A stretch of DNA of 64,000 bases from Amoebidium appalachense (taxonomy: Eukaryota > Protista > Ichthyosporea): NCBI GenBank assembly GCA_963693365.1, contig CAVNZM010000007.1:9917962-9981961 (forward strand), given 5' to 3'. Made by a program: the position numbers and the translations under genes. The notes beneath the pieces were generated by a model. It was given only the letters and a program-made list of their open reading frames with translations, did not search any database and was not told the origin of the DNA. Below, piece by piece: positions 1-45,222 of the stretch; positions within the stretch are counted from its first letter, which is position 1; the number at the start of each line of letters is the position of its first letter.

Positions 1-112
1 AAAAAAAAAAAAAAAAAAAAAAAAAAAACACCACCACACACCCACACCTACACACAGACACACACACACACACACATTGCCCTTCCCCCCCTCCCCTACA
101 GTACAGGGACAC

Positions 113-2060
113 CCACTGGGCCAGGAAGGCACCTTCCTCCTGCAGCACAGCCACCTCCCTCTGGAGCCGCCTGAGTTCCTACGGTGGGGGTGTAGGGGTG
201 AGTGCACTGGTAGAAGGTGATGGATGGGTGGAGGAAAATAACAAGAAAGATGGTGGGTCTTGGTGCCGGCAGAAAGGGGGAAAAGGAGGGGAAAGAAAGA
301 GAGGTAAATAAGAAAGAAGTACAGATAGATATAGACAGATAGATAAGAGAGGAGGGGGGGGGGGGGGGGAAGAGAGAGAGCGATCGGGGGGGGGGGGGGG
401 GGAGGGGGAGAGGAAGGGAGGGAGGGAGGGAATGAGGGAGCAAGGGAGAGGAGGGGGTGGAGGGGAGGAGAAGGGGGGAGGGGGGAGATGGAGGGACCCA
501 GAGAGTAGAGAGGGAGGGGAGCAACCGAGAGCTTGCAAAGTGAAGCATGGGGGGATACCATAAAGTGCTGGGTTCAACGGTGAATGCAAAGACTAGGGTC
601 TGGAAAGAACCCAAAGCTTGTCTCAGTAATTATCTTCCAGTTCCCCCAGCCGGTGTCCTCTCTCTCTCTCTCTCTATCCCCTCCCCCTCTCCCCCCCCTC
701 CCCCCTTCTTCCCCCCCCCCCCCCCTCCCCCCCTCAAAAAAAAACAAAGTTCAAAAAAATAAAATGCTTTGTGCTGGTCAGAGGCCCCTCCTTCTCTCCG
801 ATTACCGTACCACAAAGATAAGAGAACAGAAACCAATTACTACAATCCGACAGCCGCAGCTAAATCGAAAAGATCACACGAACTCTACGTGACACACACC
901 ATGCCTGCTGCAGTTGAAGCGGGAAGCGATTGCTCAAGTATCCCCCCCTCTCCCCCCTCCCACCCCCCCCACCCCTCTCCCTCTCTCTTCCCATCAATAA
1001 TAGAAAAACCAAGCACAAACGATGTAGGTTGAGCTGTTCGAGCGCCTCCACAGGCCAAATTCTCATGGCACTGCAGATCTTGACCTTTGCCCATCCCTCC
1101 CTCCCCTCCCCCCTCCCCCTCTCTACCCCCCCCTCTACCAACCAGCCTAGGCCTCCCTCAAGTCCCCTTTCCTTCACCTTGATGTTACGTTTTTATTGTG
1201 GGTTACTCTTTGTGTCAGTGCTCTGCCAGCCTCTCTATTTCTCAGCATCACCCACCTTGCATTGCTCATCACATGTTTCAGTTGTGCTGGCTACCCACAA
1301 CAGCACCAACAGCAACCCTGCCAGTAGCCAGGTCCAGAAGTCCCCACCCTCTATGTTTCCCCTTTCTGTGTATGTACCAACACCTATACTGCTACCAACA
1401 CTGGCTGGTCGGCCAATTCTTTCTAAATGTGGCAGTTGTGATGAGCCGTTTTCGCTGCTAGAATCTGTTACTAACCGTTCCGTAACATTTTCTTTGTATC
1501 GATGTTGGTGGGCAGGAATCTGCTACTAATTGCTGCATCACTTTATCCTGACTTGGTGTTTGTGGGCTGAAATCTGCAATTATTTGCTCCGCTATACCTT
1601 CTCTGCTCAAAGTTGGTGGGCCGGAATCTGCTATTTGCCGCTCCGCTGCAACATCTTGGTTCACTGATGGTTGGCTGGATTCTTCCACTAACCTCTCCGC
1701 ACCATCTTCTTGGTTCAATCGTGAAATAGGAGGCGGATCAGGGGAGCCTGAAACCGGGGGCAAGGTCTCTTGAGAAAGCCGAGGCGGTGGACTGGAGAGT
1801 GGAGAAACATGGACTACAGGAGGAAGCAATGGTGGATCTGACGCTAATTGTGGACTAGATGTGGGGCTTGATACAAGTTCACAAGAAGGAATTCCCTCTG
1901 TGTGGGCGTGGTTTGAGCTAACTTCGCCGTTTTCTTTGGAGGCAGATTGGTCATCCCCTTCAACGATCTCCATTTTTCTACCTCCAAGTCGGTTGCCTAC
2001 ATCAAGGGGTAAAGGGGCTTCAATTTGCCAAACCAATGCACTAACTGAGGACGGTAGCCC
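113..2060 (-). CDS. Partial multi-exon gene: Ser/Pro-rich region with 18-aa repeats, one TM helix and a downstream coiled-coil exon; apparent +1 frameshift at ~1494; probably continues off the left edge
   Basis: Acceptor ttttaag| at ~2060 opens GLPSSVSALVWQIEAPL..., followed by five 18-aa repeats. After a 1-nt shift the frame reads ENVTERLVTDSS...DFWTWLLAGLLLVLLWVAS...CK|gtgggt (1256). Exon 178-113 after cgtag| reads ELRRLQREVAVLQEEGAFLAQW. The start codon and intermediate exons are unresolved. Confidence 0.5.
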
Positions 2061-3140
2061 TTAAAAAAAAACCGTGCCATGGAACTGCCAGAATCAAGCA
2101 CGCCATCACAAGGTGAGACTCAAAAATATAAAAAGTGACTTGATCATGATATGTTTTCACGTTTGGGTTTGCAGCCACCTTCAACACCCGGGATGCACAA
2201 GCTTTCTTGCTCAGGATGGTGGTGCCCAACCAAAGGTTCTTTTCCTCTTCACCCCTGATTTTCCTTCACAGGTGCGTCTCTTATTTGTCTATTTAATATC
2301 ATGAGTTACGTTCCCCTTGGACACATTCCTTGCGTCTACCTCAGGCAGTTACTCTCTTCCTCTCACTGAACCGACCAACTTTTTGGGCACTGCGGACCCG
2401 GTGACGAGGGTGACGTTCATCCTAACCAAGGACTAGGGGGGCTTATGAATATGGGTCTTCGTATTTTGCACATCATAGAATTCGAAGAACGCGATATAAT
2501 CATCCGAAATTGGGTCCGATAATGTACACCCCGCGAGTAGGGGACGACCAAGAATGTCCGAGCCCATTTCAAAAAAAAAACAAAAAAAAAAACAGTTCAA
2601 AGTTCACAGTTTTGAGACCCTCTGTTCGAAACAGAGCTACATAGCGCCTCGGACAGGTTGGTGTGAATTGTCCCCCGGGGAGTTGTCTTTGTGAGTTGCA
2701 AGTGTCTCGTATTGCGTATAGCAGCCCCAAATCCGTTGTCAAAAATGAAGCCATCACAAATCTTCACTCCGTGGCCTACGGTTCTCATCGCGAACAGCTA
2801 AGACACAAAGTGCTGGCAGATAAGGCGGTAGATGCCGAGAAAGCGGGCAATAAAGGGGCAGAAATCAACGAGAAGGGCACCCGTCGTTTAAAAGCATGAG
2901 ATGGACATGCTGGTAGCTAAGGTCAAACTTTTCACTGCCAGGTATAGGTTCCGAATGTGGTTGGCTGTAGTCTGATTACCGGCAAAGCAAAACTGTAACG
3001 ATCTGTGAGAGAGGAATCAGCTGCAAGAGAGAAAAAGGAAAAGAAAGAGGTGGATAGGGAGGAGAGGAATGGACAGGGAGAGATAGATTCCGAGCTTTGG
3101 GGCGAGAGGGAGGGAGAGTAGAGGGCGAGAGGGCGAGGGC

Positions 3141-3184
<44 letters not shown>

Positions 3185-3190
3185 GAGAGG

Positions 3191-3326
<136 letters not shown>

Positions 3327-3414
3327 GCGAGAAAGGAGGGAAAGGGAGAGGAAAGCAACAGACAGGTCTAGCATTTGGAAAAAGAAGCCTTAGGTTGAAC
3401 CGGGGAGGGCGAAA

Positions 3415-3449
<35 letters not shown>

Positions 3450-4316
3450 TCAGGCCAACGGTTCGCAAGCTTTGCATGCACATCATACGACGTGCATAGC
3501 AGGAAATCAAGAGGGAGGCGAGTTGAACGCCAGAGCTTTTGAGAAAAGTTCGGTTCAAAGCGCAATACCTCGATGTAACATACAACTATGCCAGCATATG
3601 CCAGCAACGGTTTCACTGGGAGCTTCGTGTGCAAAAAGTTTAGAACATACGAAAGTGCTTGCCATGCATCATGTGCAGTTCAACCGTGAGGTAAAATTTG
3701 CATACTCCTCTGCCACCCGCTAGTGCCTACCACAGCTTTATTCGTTTTTCGCTCCAGCCCTATATAGGAAAAACGTGCTCCCACCAGGGCCGCCGCGCAA
3801 TTTCATGTTTCCTGAGTGACCTGCACTTCGGGCCGTGCACCTACGAGCGGTGCGCACTACAGCGCACAGCCAAACATCCGTGCCAGAGCAGCGCGATTAA
3901 AGAATGGCACTGCTCTTAGGTCGTAATGACACCGGGGAAATGCTTTATATGGGAATGTTTTCTAGGGTATACGAGGGCCGTGATTACTTTTCTTTAAGTG
4001 TGAACCACAGAATTTCTCGAATTAACCAAAACGACGGAAGATCACACAGGAATTTGTCGGTATATTTTTGCAATCACAAAATGATCGAAATCAGCTGGTA
4101 GTAGATATTCATAGCAGCTACATAATGCTGCATAAATATATCCACAGTTGTTAAAGTTTAAGTTTATATATTTAAATTCATCGTTGCTCTTTTATTTACT
4201 TTTATTGGAGGCAGAGATATGGGCTCTCTCATATGTCTTCATTTCGGAAATTCGGCAATATCAGAATTTATTGGTGTCATGTGATTGGCGATCGACTATT
4301 CCATGCTCCACGAGGG

Positions 4317-4323
4317 TATAAAC
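4317..4323 (+). promoter_or_regulatory. TATA box (TATAAAA) upstream of the microprotein gene
   Basis: TATAAAA lies ~90 nt upstream of the ATG at 4409. Confidence 0.45.
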
Positions 4324-4408
4324 TAAGCTCGGTGGCGAAGAATGATCAGTTCGCACTGTGCAGTTGTTCTCGTTGTCGAATTTTATTCGTTTTTACGTCA
4401 ACGCCAAA

Positions 4409-4531
4409 ATGTGCTTCAAGACTACCTGCCCAACATGCTCCAAGCCCACCTGGGCCGGCTGCGGCAACCACATTGAGTCGGCACTGAAGGATGTCCCCGT
4501 GGATGAGCGCTGCAAGTGCCCCAAGAAGTGA
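4409..4531 (+). CDS. 40-aa Cys/His-rich microprotein, putative metal-binding (MCFKTTCPTCSKPTWAGCGNHIESALKDVPVDERCKCPKK)
   Basis: Single-exon ATG..TGA with an AAA-ATG context, GC3-rich codons and an upstream TATA box. The pattern MCxxxxCxxCxKxTWxGCGxH...VP...CxC resembles small uncharacterised proteins I recall from fungi and bacteria. It is below the ORF-track length cutoff. Confidence 0.8.
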   Translation: MCFKTTCPTCSKPTWAGCGNHIESALKDVPVDERCKCPKK

Positions 4532-5869
4532 GCCTTCACAGCACACAACCGTGTCGCGATCGGCAAGGAAAACGTACAGACCGTGCTTGAACGGTGTCCT
4601 CAGCCGGTGGCAAGACAACGGCGCTGACGTATGTTTCGACACAGCAGGGTGCCAAGAGGTGGGGATAACATTAAACCACCTTTCACAGTCCGGCTTACTT
4701 TAGATAGGAGTAATACCTCTTACTTTAGAAATGACACCATGGAGCTTGTGATTGTCGTTTAAGGTGCCAGGGGCACCCGCAAAGTGTATCTATATGAGCG
4801 GCTATGCTGCTGAAAGTTACTAAACGAACCTCTGAAAATGAAATGGTGTATACATCATTTCTTGGTGTGTCCGTTTTGTCTCCCCGTCAACGTTTCTATG
4901 CCTTGTTTTGCTCTTTGATATGCTCTTTATTGCAGTTCCCAATGAAAGACCAGGTGTGGTGAGGCAACTCTATCCTGGCCAAACGGCAGCAGCTGCTTGC
5001 CTCCTACACGTGCAGGGTAGCTGAAGAGAGGGTCGGGTAAAGCTGCAACGGCTTCGGGGTCTTTTATGCCACATTACGAGACAGCAGTCCAAATGGAAAG
5101 TGCTTATTAAGTGCACGCAGGTAAGGATAAGGATATCGAGTGACATGGCGAAAGATATATACTTTGCTGGGGCTTGACGGTTTTGGTTTCCAAACAGAGT
5201 GAATTGTGTAAGTATGCAACTGCGTTTAGAGTTACTTTCTTCCGGTGCCGAGTGATATAAGTGAAAGCAGAAGACAACAGTGAAGGACAATCTAAAGATA
5301 CGAGGCCAACCCAGGTACGTATACGATCGATGGGGGGGGGGAAGGGGAGGGGGGGGGGGGGGGGGGGGGGGGAGGGACACGTATACGTATTGCCCTGGAG
5401 TAAGCTTGCAACATCGAGACCCTGTTATCTGGTGCCTGTATTGTGCCCTGGTGTGAGCTTGCAATCAACGTGTAGGCGGACGTTTTTTCTTTGTTCCTGT
5501 GGGCCAAGTGGTTCGTTCTTCATGTTCACGTGCTTGGCTTCAAATGATCTTTTGAGTGTTGCAGCTGTACCTGAGCAGGTTCAGGTTCCGGTTGGGTTAC
5601 AAATAGGGCACAGCCCTGGTCGGTTGCTACCACGATTTATGTCGATTTACCACGCTTAATTCATTCACCTTTCTATACGAAAAAAAAACACCTCAAAAGA
5701 ATGTGAGGGTATGCAGCAACAAAGAAAAAAATCGTACTGCAAGAATGGCCGTAATACTTCTCGAGAGGTACAAACTGACCAGGTGGTTGCCTCTTGTGAG
5801 TCTTGGGGACAACATTTCGAGGGCCGGGTTTGGTGGGGTCCAAGGGGGTACCATTCTGGTGGGCAGCGG

Positions 5870-31310
<25,441 letters not shown>

Positions 31311-31886
31311 AAAGGTACCACATGCATATATGCTCAGTGTACATGTCACGTGCACGTGCCTGCCAAAGGAAAATATAGATTTTGGCCCATGTGGGCGTGC
31401 AAACATATGTCATTCAATGATTCAGTATATCAACACTGTGCCACTGTGGTCTCGAGTTGGTCAAAGCTACAAACCCAGACATGTCGAAACGGAAAACTTT
31501 CACAACACAAAGATTTCGAAAGATCTTCATAAACGTTGCACATATCTAGAGAGGAAGTAGAGATTATTGTTTAACAGCCCAGCTACTCTGAACCACTTCG
31601 ATACCTCGGTTTTTAGGAAGAAATCACCGAACATCATTCTTGAATATGAATACGCGTGCATACATATTCGACATCGAATGGCCAGGCAACTATGAACACA
31701 GTCTAAATACACTACTACAGTAACTATACTAGTTTGATTCGGACAGCCCCTAGACTAGCAAGTCTATTAGCTTTTTATCACAGGATGCTTACAGCCAGGT
31801 GTGCCAGAAAAAAATAGCCATCACTCATAGAAAGTGAGGGAGAGGGAGAAAGAAAAAACAAGATGGATGTCCTGCGAGTCACATGA

Positions 31887-32115
<229 letters not shown>

Positions 32116-32193
32116 ACGTGATACAAAAGCCACCCAATCCACCCAACCTGCACCAACCTCACACCATGCAAACTATCACAAACACAGTAGGGT

Positions 32194-37944
<5,751 letters not shown>

Positions 37945-38742
37945 GTCACCGTGCAGGCAGGCTGCAGGTCGGAGTGTGTGAGGGTGCGCAGAGGCGCCTA
38001 CGCAGGTGGGGTGTGGTGAAGCACATAGTGTGCGTGCGTGGTTGCAGTATGATTTGGGGTGTATGTGTGTTCAGTGTGCGTGGTTGTTGCTCTGTGGCAG
38101 AGCCTTCTTGCTTCACAACTTCGGAAAGAAGGTAAATCTTTAAATCGTGCTAACAAAATTTAACTCCTATTTAGTAGAAGCAACTAATACCACTACTTAG
38201 TTATAACAAGGGCTTAACTCAGACTCAGCATTAGCTTTAAAATGGAGCACAGGGGGGGCGCTATGAAACGATGAAACGGACTGAGAGAAGGAAGGCTTGG
38301 GGCAAGGCCTCCTACTCTGACAGAGTACATACATGGAGGCCTTGGCTTCAAGTTGGTGTAAGTATTCGCGATATAAACTTATATGGGTTTGGCGGGCTCA
38401 AGATTGATTGGCTAATGAAAGCATGATGACGTAATGCGAACATGGAACATGGCGCACCGGGCATGCGGTGCGTGGTCTCAGCGCAGCCAGTCTCGGCGAC
38501 CGAAGAAGAGGCTCAGTGAGAAAATGTGCTCATGTTAGCGAGAGACCGCCCCACGACATCTAAATTGAGTTTGTTACCTGAAGTTACTAAGTTCTGCGCG
38601 TCATAGGCTATGAGGTTGACAGGGGCCTATTATTTTGAACACCTGTAGTCGGAGAACTAGAGTCCTGTGTTTGGCCTACGGGCCAACTTGTCGTTTCGCG
38701 CGTGTAGAAACAACTGTTTAGGCAAGGCAGAGACGCGCAGCC
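37945..38742. promoter_or_regulatory. Probable bidirectional promoter region between head-to-head genes
   Basis: About 800 bp largely free of repeats between divergent ATGs; contains ATTGG (CCAAT) at ~38407 and a CRE-like TGACGTAA at ~38427. Confidence 0.4.
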
Positions 38743-40128
38743 ATGGCTTTTAGGTTAACGGCAGGCTTGACGGCTCTTAGGAGCCTAAGGGGCTCAGCCA
38801 TCAGCAACGGCCTGCAGGGGTTGGTGTCTTCCCACTCAACATCCCCAAATTTTCATGCCGCCCCACCCCCCACAGCCCCACCCCCCACGCCCATCTCCCC
38901 CCCCTCCCCTCCCCACCACCACCACCACCACCACCGCCGCCACCACCACCCGGCCCCCTCCCTGACCAAAATCACCAGCATCAACAGCCAATGGCACCAA
39001 CCACCCACCCACCTCCTCCCGTGAATCTGATGGTTGCATGCGCCCAACAGGCAGTCGCTGTGCCGCAGCTTCCCGTTTTATAACTCCCTTTCTCTTTCCC
39101 CTCTTTTTCTTCTCACAAGTTTTGGTGACCTGACTTACCGGTGGGGCTGCCCCATGGTAAATTTCTCCCTCCAGGCTTCCGCTTGTATTGTTAGTCTCAT
39201 CCCTCCCCCTCCCCCCCCCCTCCCCCCCCCCCCCCCCCCTCTTCCCCTCCGTTCCCGACAATCAGAAAATCGAGGTGCTTTTACAAACTTGTGCATCAAT
39301 GGAAATGCGAACTGGTTATACTGTCCACAGAGACTTGCACCCACGGTAAAGGTCGCAGGTATTGTCTCGTTAGGTACAATCGGCATGCGTACGCATTATT
39401 TGCCATGGCGCCCTGCTCATGTTATTGTTGCAGGAGGATACAACATGCGGCCAGCCCATCTACGGTGTCAACCTCAGCCCAATTTTGGCAACGTAAGTGT
39501 GAACTAGGTTCTAGACCAGTTTTGTTATCTGTTGGCACGAGCCACCATAATCCTTGTTGCGACAAGCACAGAAAGTACATTTATAGCGCATAGGTTCAGG
39601 AACGGGCAGGCGAACTGTTTGTACCCGCTCATACATGTCCTACATTTATTTATTATATTTTTGAAGGATGGTATTTTTTCCTGACCTAACTGTTGCCTCT
39701 TCAGAAATCCGGCTTTTCAGTGAAAAACGCATGCCCTATTGGTAAACGGAGGTCGTTCGTCTCGAAGGTATGTGTGGTGTGTTACAGTATTCGTGCACCT
39801 GACACGACATTCTTTTTTCTTAAGGTCTTTTCTTAAGGGGGCTACACACACCCTCACACACAAGGCCCATGCGCATTGTCTGTCTCCCCCCTTCCCCCCC
39901 CTTCCGCCCCCCCTCCCCGGCTCTCTTGCCCTGTTCTGCATATGGACAGCTATCACAAGATGTTTTTCATTTGTGTCGCGACACCTACTCCCTTTCTGTC
40001 CGCACCCTTCACTACACATTCTCCTGCGTCAACCTCTCTTCTGCTTCTTTTTCTGAATGTTACCGACCCTTACCCCCCCCCCCCCCCCCCCCCCTTCCAC
40101 ACACATGCACACACATGCACACACACAC

Positions 40129-40165
<37 letters not shown>

Positions 40166-40376
40166 CCCACCATGGAAGAGCATGATGCTAAGGCTGCCGA
40201 GCTAGTGGCCCAGAGATTCGATCCGGGTCGGCCCGAGGGCATTTTGCCCCCACCGGTTAAGAAGCCAAAGTGGTATGTAGTTACGGCCCTGTGGACTGTG
40301 GGCTCCGTAATCATGGGGGGTATGTATTGTCAACTCCCCCTCCCCCCCCCCCTCCATCTCCCCTTAAACATACACA

Positions 40377-40467
<91 letters not shown>

Positions 40468-40530
40468 CATCAGTGAATGTGTGCCCTGTACTGTATCTCG
40501 TCCCCCCCCCCCCCCCCCCCCCCACCCCTT

Positions 40531-40571
<41 letters not shown>

Positions 40572-41806
40572 GGGGGGGGGGGGGGGACGAAATGTCCTTC
40601 TGTAAACCGAATATTGCATGTCCTCTTTTGTCTGTGTGCAGGGGGTTAGGGATGCAGGTGATTGGTGGTGAGTTAGTGGTTTTTTTTGTGGTGGTGGGGA
40701 GGGGGGTGGTGGTGGGGGGGGGGGGGGACTGATGCAGCTGTCTATGAATATCCATTGGGCGCATATCACTCCTTTTGGGAGGATACGACACTAGAAGGAG
40801 GGGGGAGGGGGTGGCGCTTAGAACGTGTTGCAGTGTACGAAGTACAGATTCACTCCGGCCAACACAATGCAGAAGTTGCAGAGCACACACAGTGGCATTA
40901 TATTTGTCTCTCGGATGTGTGCTGACTGGGTGCACAGTGACGTCACTGCAGGTTGATGATGTGCCTGAGAGGGCAATGGTGTTGGCCGCACACCCTGACA
41001 GAGCAAGAGGTGGATTGGAGACTCCCCCCCCCCCCCCCCCCCCCCCCTTTCCCCCATTCCCACCCCCCCTCCCCCCCTCTCCTTATTTTTTAAGGGAATA
41101 CATAAAGGATTATGGGAGGGGGGAATGGAAAGGAAGGGGAAAGAGAGCATTTGGGGAAGGGGCTGGTGGGGGGGGGGGGGGGGGGGGGGGGTGTACAATG
41201 GCAAGGAACACAAAAAGGAAGCTTCCAAGTGGGGCAGGTGTGTGTATGCGTGGGTGTGTTGAGGTGGGGGGGGGGGGGGGGATATTTGCATTTGATAACA
41301 AGGGCATCTGTTTGGCGGGATTTTCGAACTGGTCTTACTACACCTGTAGCTCCAATCAGAGACTTGGAATTTTTTCACTTGTCATTACCATGAGGCTTAG
41401 ATAGTGGGGAACAAATCACCTGTTTACCCCTTTTCTTATATAAAGATACGGAAAGTTACAGCAGTCTTTAGATACGGAAAGTTACAGCAGTCTTTAGTAT
41501 GGGCAGGTTTTAAACTGTTATTGATTTTAGGATCATATTTGGAATGAGGTCACGGGATCGCCACTGTTTGAAGACTTACAAAAATAGGGACTGTAGTTTG
41601 TATAACCTAGGCGGCACAAAACGATCAGACAAGAGAACGACCTAAGTTTGGGGGTGATAACGCGATACCGGATCTGGGTGTGCTTCTCACCACGACACAC
41701 ACACTCACACACTCCCGCACACCACACACTGTACATATACGCACTCACAAACACAACAGGTGTGCGCACCACACGCGTTCACGTGGGCGCATGCAAACAT
41801 GCACTA

Positions 41807-41902
<96 letters not shown>

Positions 41903-42836
41903 CCAAGATCATGGCAGATAAGATGGACAAACTGGAGACGGCCCTCAAAAATGCCGTCGAGTGTGCCGACTTCAGCGGTTAGTCCCCCCCCCCCCCCCCC
42001 CCCCCCCCCCTTCCCCCCACCCACCCATCCACCCACCCACCACCACCACCACCACCACCAACACCACCCGTCCGCCCGACTGCCTGCCTGCCTTCCCGCC
42101 TTTGCCCCCCCCCCCCCCCCCCCCCCCCCCCGTCCCCCCCCTTTCTCCCTTTCTCCCTTTCCCCCCCACTCTTTTCCTTCATCTCCTGCATTGCCGCCTT
42201 TTTACAAAGGAAGTTTAAGTGATATGTGGACACATAGCATTGTCGTAGACCCAAGTTTTTTAATTCTGACAACACCTACATGCCGAATGGCGAAAATGGA
42301 CACGCACACACGCGCACACACAGACACACACACACACACACATATAGGCAAATACACACATGCACACATGCCCACTTACTGTGGTATATGTGTGCACTAC
42401 ACAGGCACAGACGTGCAATTGTGTGTGCCACATAATCCACACCTGCAATCCTATTCTCCCCCCCCCCCCCCCCACCCACCCACCCAAACCGCGGCCTCTC
42501 TGTCCCCACACCCCACCTTCCCCCTGCCCTCCCCATGCTCTTTCCCAAACTTTGATTTTACGGGTCGTTCCATTCGGATTTCCAGTTTTGGACCATCATG
42601 GTAGGGCATGGAGTCACGTGCATTTCTATTTTTGGGCACAGAGGAGGTGCGTGCAGTGATCAGCAATGACCCAATCTACCTGGACAGGCTCTACTCCCTC
42701 GTGGCCTCCCCTGCTTCGGTATGCTGCATGCCTGCATGCCGTTTGCTTTGCTTGCCCCCCCCCCCCCCCCCCCCCACAAAAAAAAAAAAAAAACCCTCAC
42801 ACACATACACATCCATTCATGAAACACACATGGCCG

Positions 42837-42880
<44 letters not shown>

Positions 42881-42894
42881 TGCGCGCGTACACA

Positions 42895-42944
<50 letters not shown>

Positions 42945-43059
42945 TACAGATACACCAACATACACAAAAATAATCCCATTAGAGCCCACCCGCCCGCCCA
43001 CTCCCCATACATTCGCCCCATCCAAGTGAAGCCATGCAACATTCAACCCTCCTCCCTAT

Positions 43060-43105
<46 letters not shown>

Positions 43106-44292
43106 TTTCTCTGTCTCTCTCTCTCCCTCTCCCCTCTCTCTCCCCTCCCTCTTTCTCCCCCCCCCCCCCCCCCCATCCCCCCTCTCTGTCCCTCACTACC
43201 CCCGCCTCCCCGCCCCCCCTCATTGCTTTGTTCTCCTCCATTCACTGCTGCATCGATCACTCCTTGTTCTCTCCCCATCACTTTATGTGCCACCACACTT
43301 AACTTTATACGAGCACCCGCATAGGATGCTGCTCATCCACATACCCCTTCGTTGTTTTAAAGTTTTTCCTTTCCCCATCTTTAGTGCACGTTTGTCCTTG
43401 TGCTGACACGTGCTTGTAGAACCCCCCTAACCATATTTTCACAGACAACTGAGGTTCGGAACCTGGCTGCCCGTCTATTGGAAGCTGTGGCCTCTGGTTC
43501 CGACGAAACAAAGGTGCCCCCATCTTCCCTCTCCTCCCCGTCTCCCCTGCCTCCCTCCCCTGCCTCCCCTCCGCCCTGACCACCTGTGCATGGCGTTATG
43601 CTGTGAGAATATTTGCTTCGCACTTGCAGTGGACCCCCCCCCCCCCCCCCCCCCCCCCCCTCCCCCCCACCCCCAACCTCCCCCCCCACCCACCCCTCCC
43701 TTATCGGCCTATTATATCACCAACCGCACCACGACCGGTTCAACCACACACATCCTTCTTTACTCCTTTGCGAACTCATTGGGGCAGTGTTGTTCTGGCT
43801 TTCTCTTTGTCTGGAGGGTGCCGCGCACACAATGGGTACACCCCTAAAATCTCCTCCCTCCCCCCCCCCCCCCCCCCCCCCCTCCCCCCTTCCCCTGCAC
43901 ACACACACAAGAAATATATCAATGAACGAGATCTGCTATGTTCTACCGACAGTCATGTGCCAAATGCCGCACCAAAGCACACAAAGAACACATACATATA
44001 CATGCACATGCAATATCAGAGATGCAAACATGCACACAGAGACACTGAGCACTTGCATGCACATGACCACTTGTTTGTATGCAATTCCTGTTTGCACACA
44101 AGGAAGGGTTACAGACACTACTACACACACTCTGACGGATGGGCACCCACACCCATAGCCTTGCACTCAGACACTGATACTCACCCACGGACACACACTA
44201 CCTCTCTCTCTTTCGTTTTTTCTCACTCCTTTCCAAGCTTACCTAACGTAACCTCCTCCCCCTGCCCCCCCCTCCCCCCCTCCCCCTCCTCC

Positions 44293-44327
<35 letters not shown>

Positions 44328-44380
44328 ACACACACACACATACACACCCATCACACACGCACACGCGCGCGCACACACAC

Positions 44381-44428
<48 letters not shown>

Positions 44429-44720
44429 AGAAACGGCTTGTATCTGGGGGCCAGCATATGCGGCTGATTGAACTGTGTGACCGCAGTGATGCCTCCCTGT
44501 TTGTGCGCAGAAAGCTGGGCAACGCACTGTGCAGTCTGGCGTCAGTAGGTAGGAATATGTTGCTGTGGTTTTTTTGTTTAGTTTGTTTTTTGTTTTTTTT
44601 TTCCCTGGGGGGGGGGGTGATGGGGGGGGGGGGGGGGGGGGGGATTCATGGGCAAAGGAAGCACGTGGGATGGGGCTGTGGGTAGGTCGGTGTTGCGGTA
44701 TTGTGTTATCCCTTTCCCCT

Positions 44721-44815
<95 letters not shown>

Positions 44816-45191
44816 ATCTCCTGCCTCTCTCCTCGCTCTCCCAATCCCACTTCCCCCTCTTTCCCTCCCTCTCTCTCTCTCTCTCTCTTGCTCTCGCTCC
44901 CTGCTTTTTTATTTTGTTATTGTTGTATGTGGTGGCGGTTGTGGTGGTGGTAGTGGTGTAGGTGTGTGTGTTCTCGCCGCCGTTTTTTTTTTTTTTTTTT
45001 TTTTTGGGGGGGGGGGGGGGGTAGAATGCTCATTGGTGTTTTCTGGGGTGTAGAGGGCAACTGTATGGAGCTTGGGCGTGCTGGGGCCGTGCCAGCGCTT
45101 CAAAAGTTATACGACAATAGATTCCTGGCACGGAGGAGTCAGGTGGTGGCCATGCAGCACATATCAGCCGTGTGTGAAAAGTATTGCCCCC

Positions 45192-45222
<31 letters not shown>

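Noticed and set aside
2430-2900. Possible transposon end or short ORF (2663-2899)
   Set aside because: No partner TIR, TSD or recognisable protein motif; probably the 5' or promoter region of the first gene.
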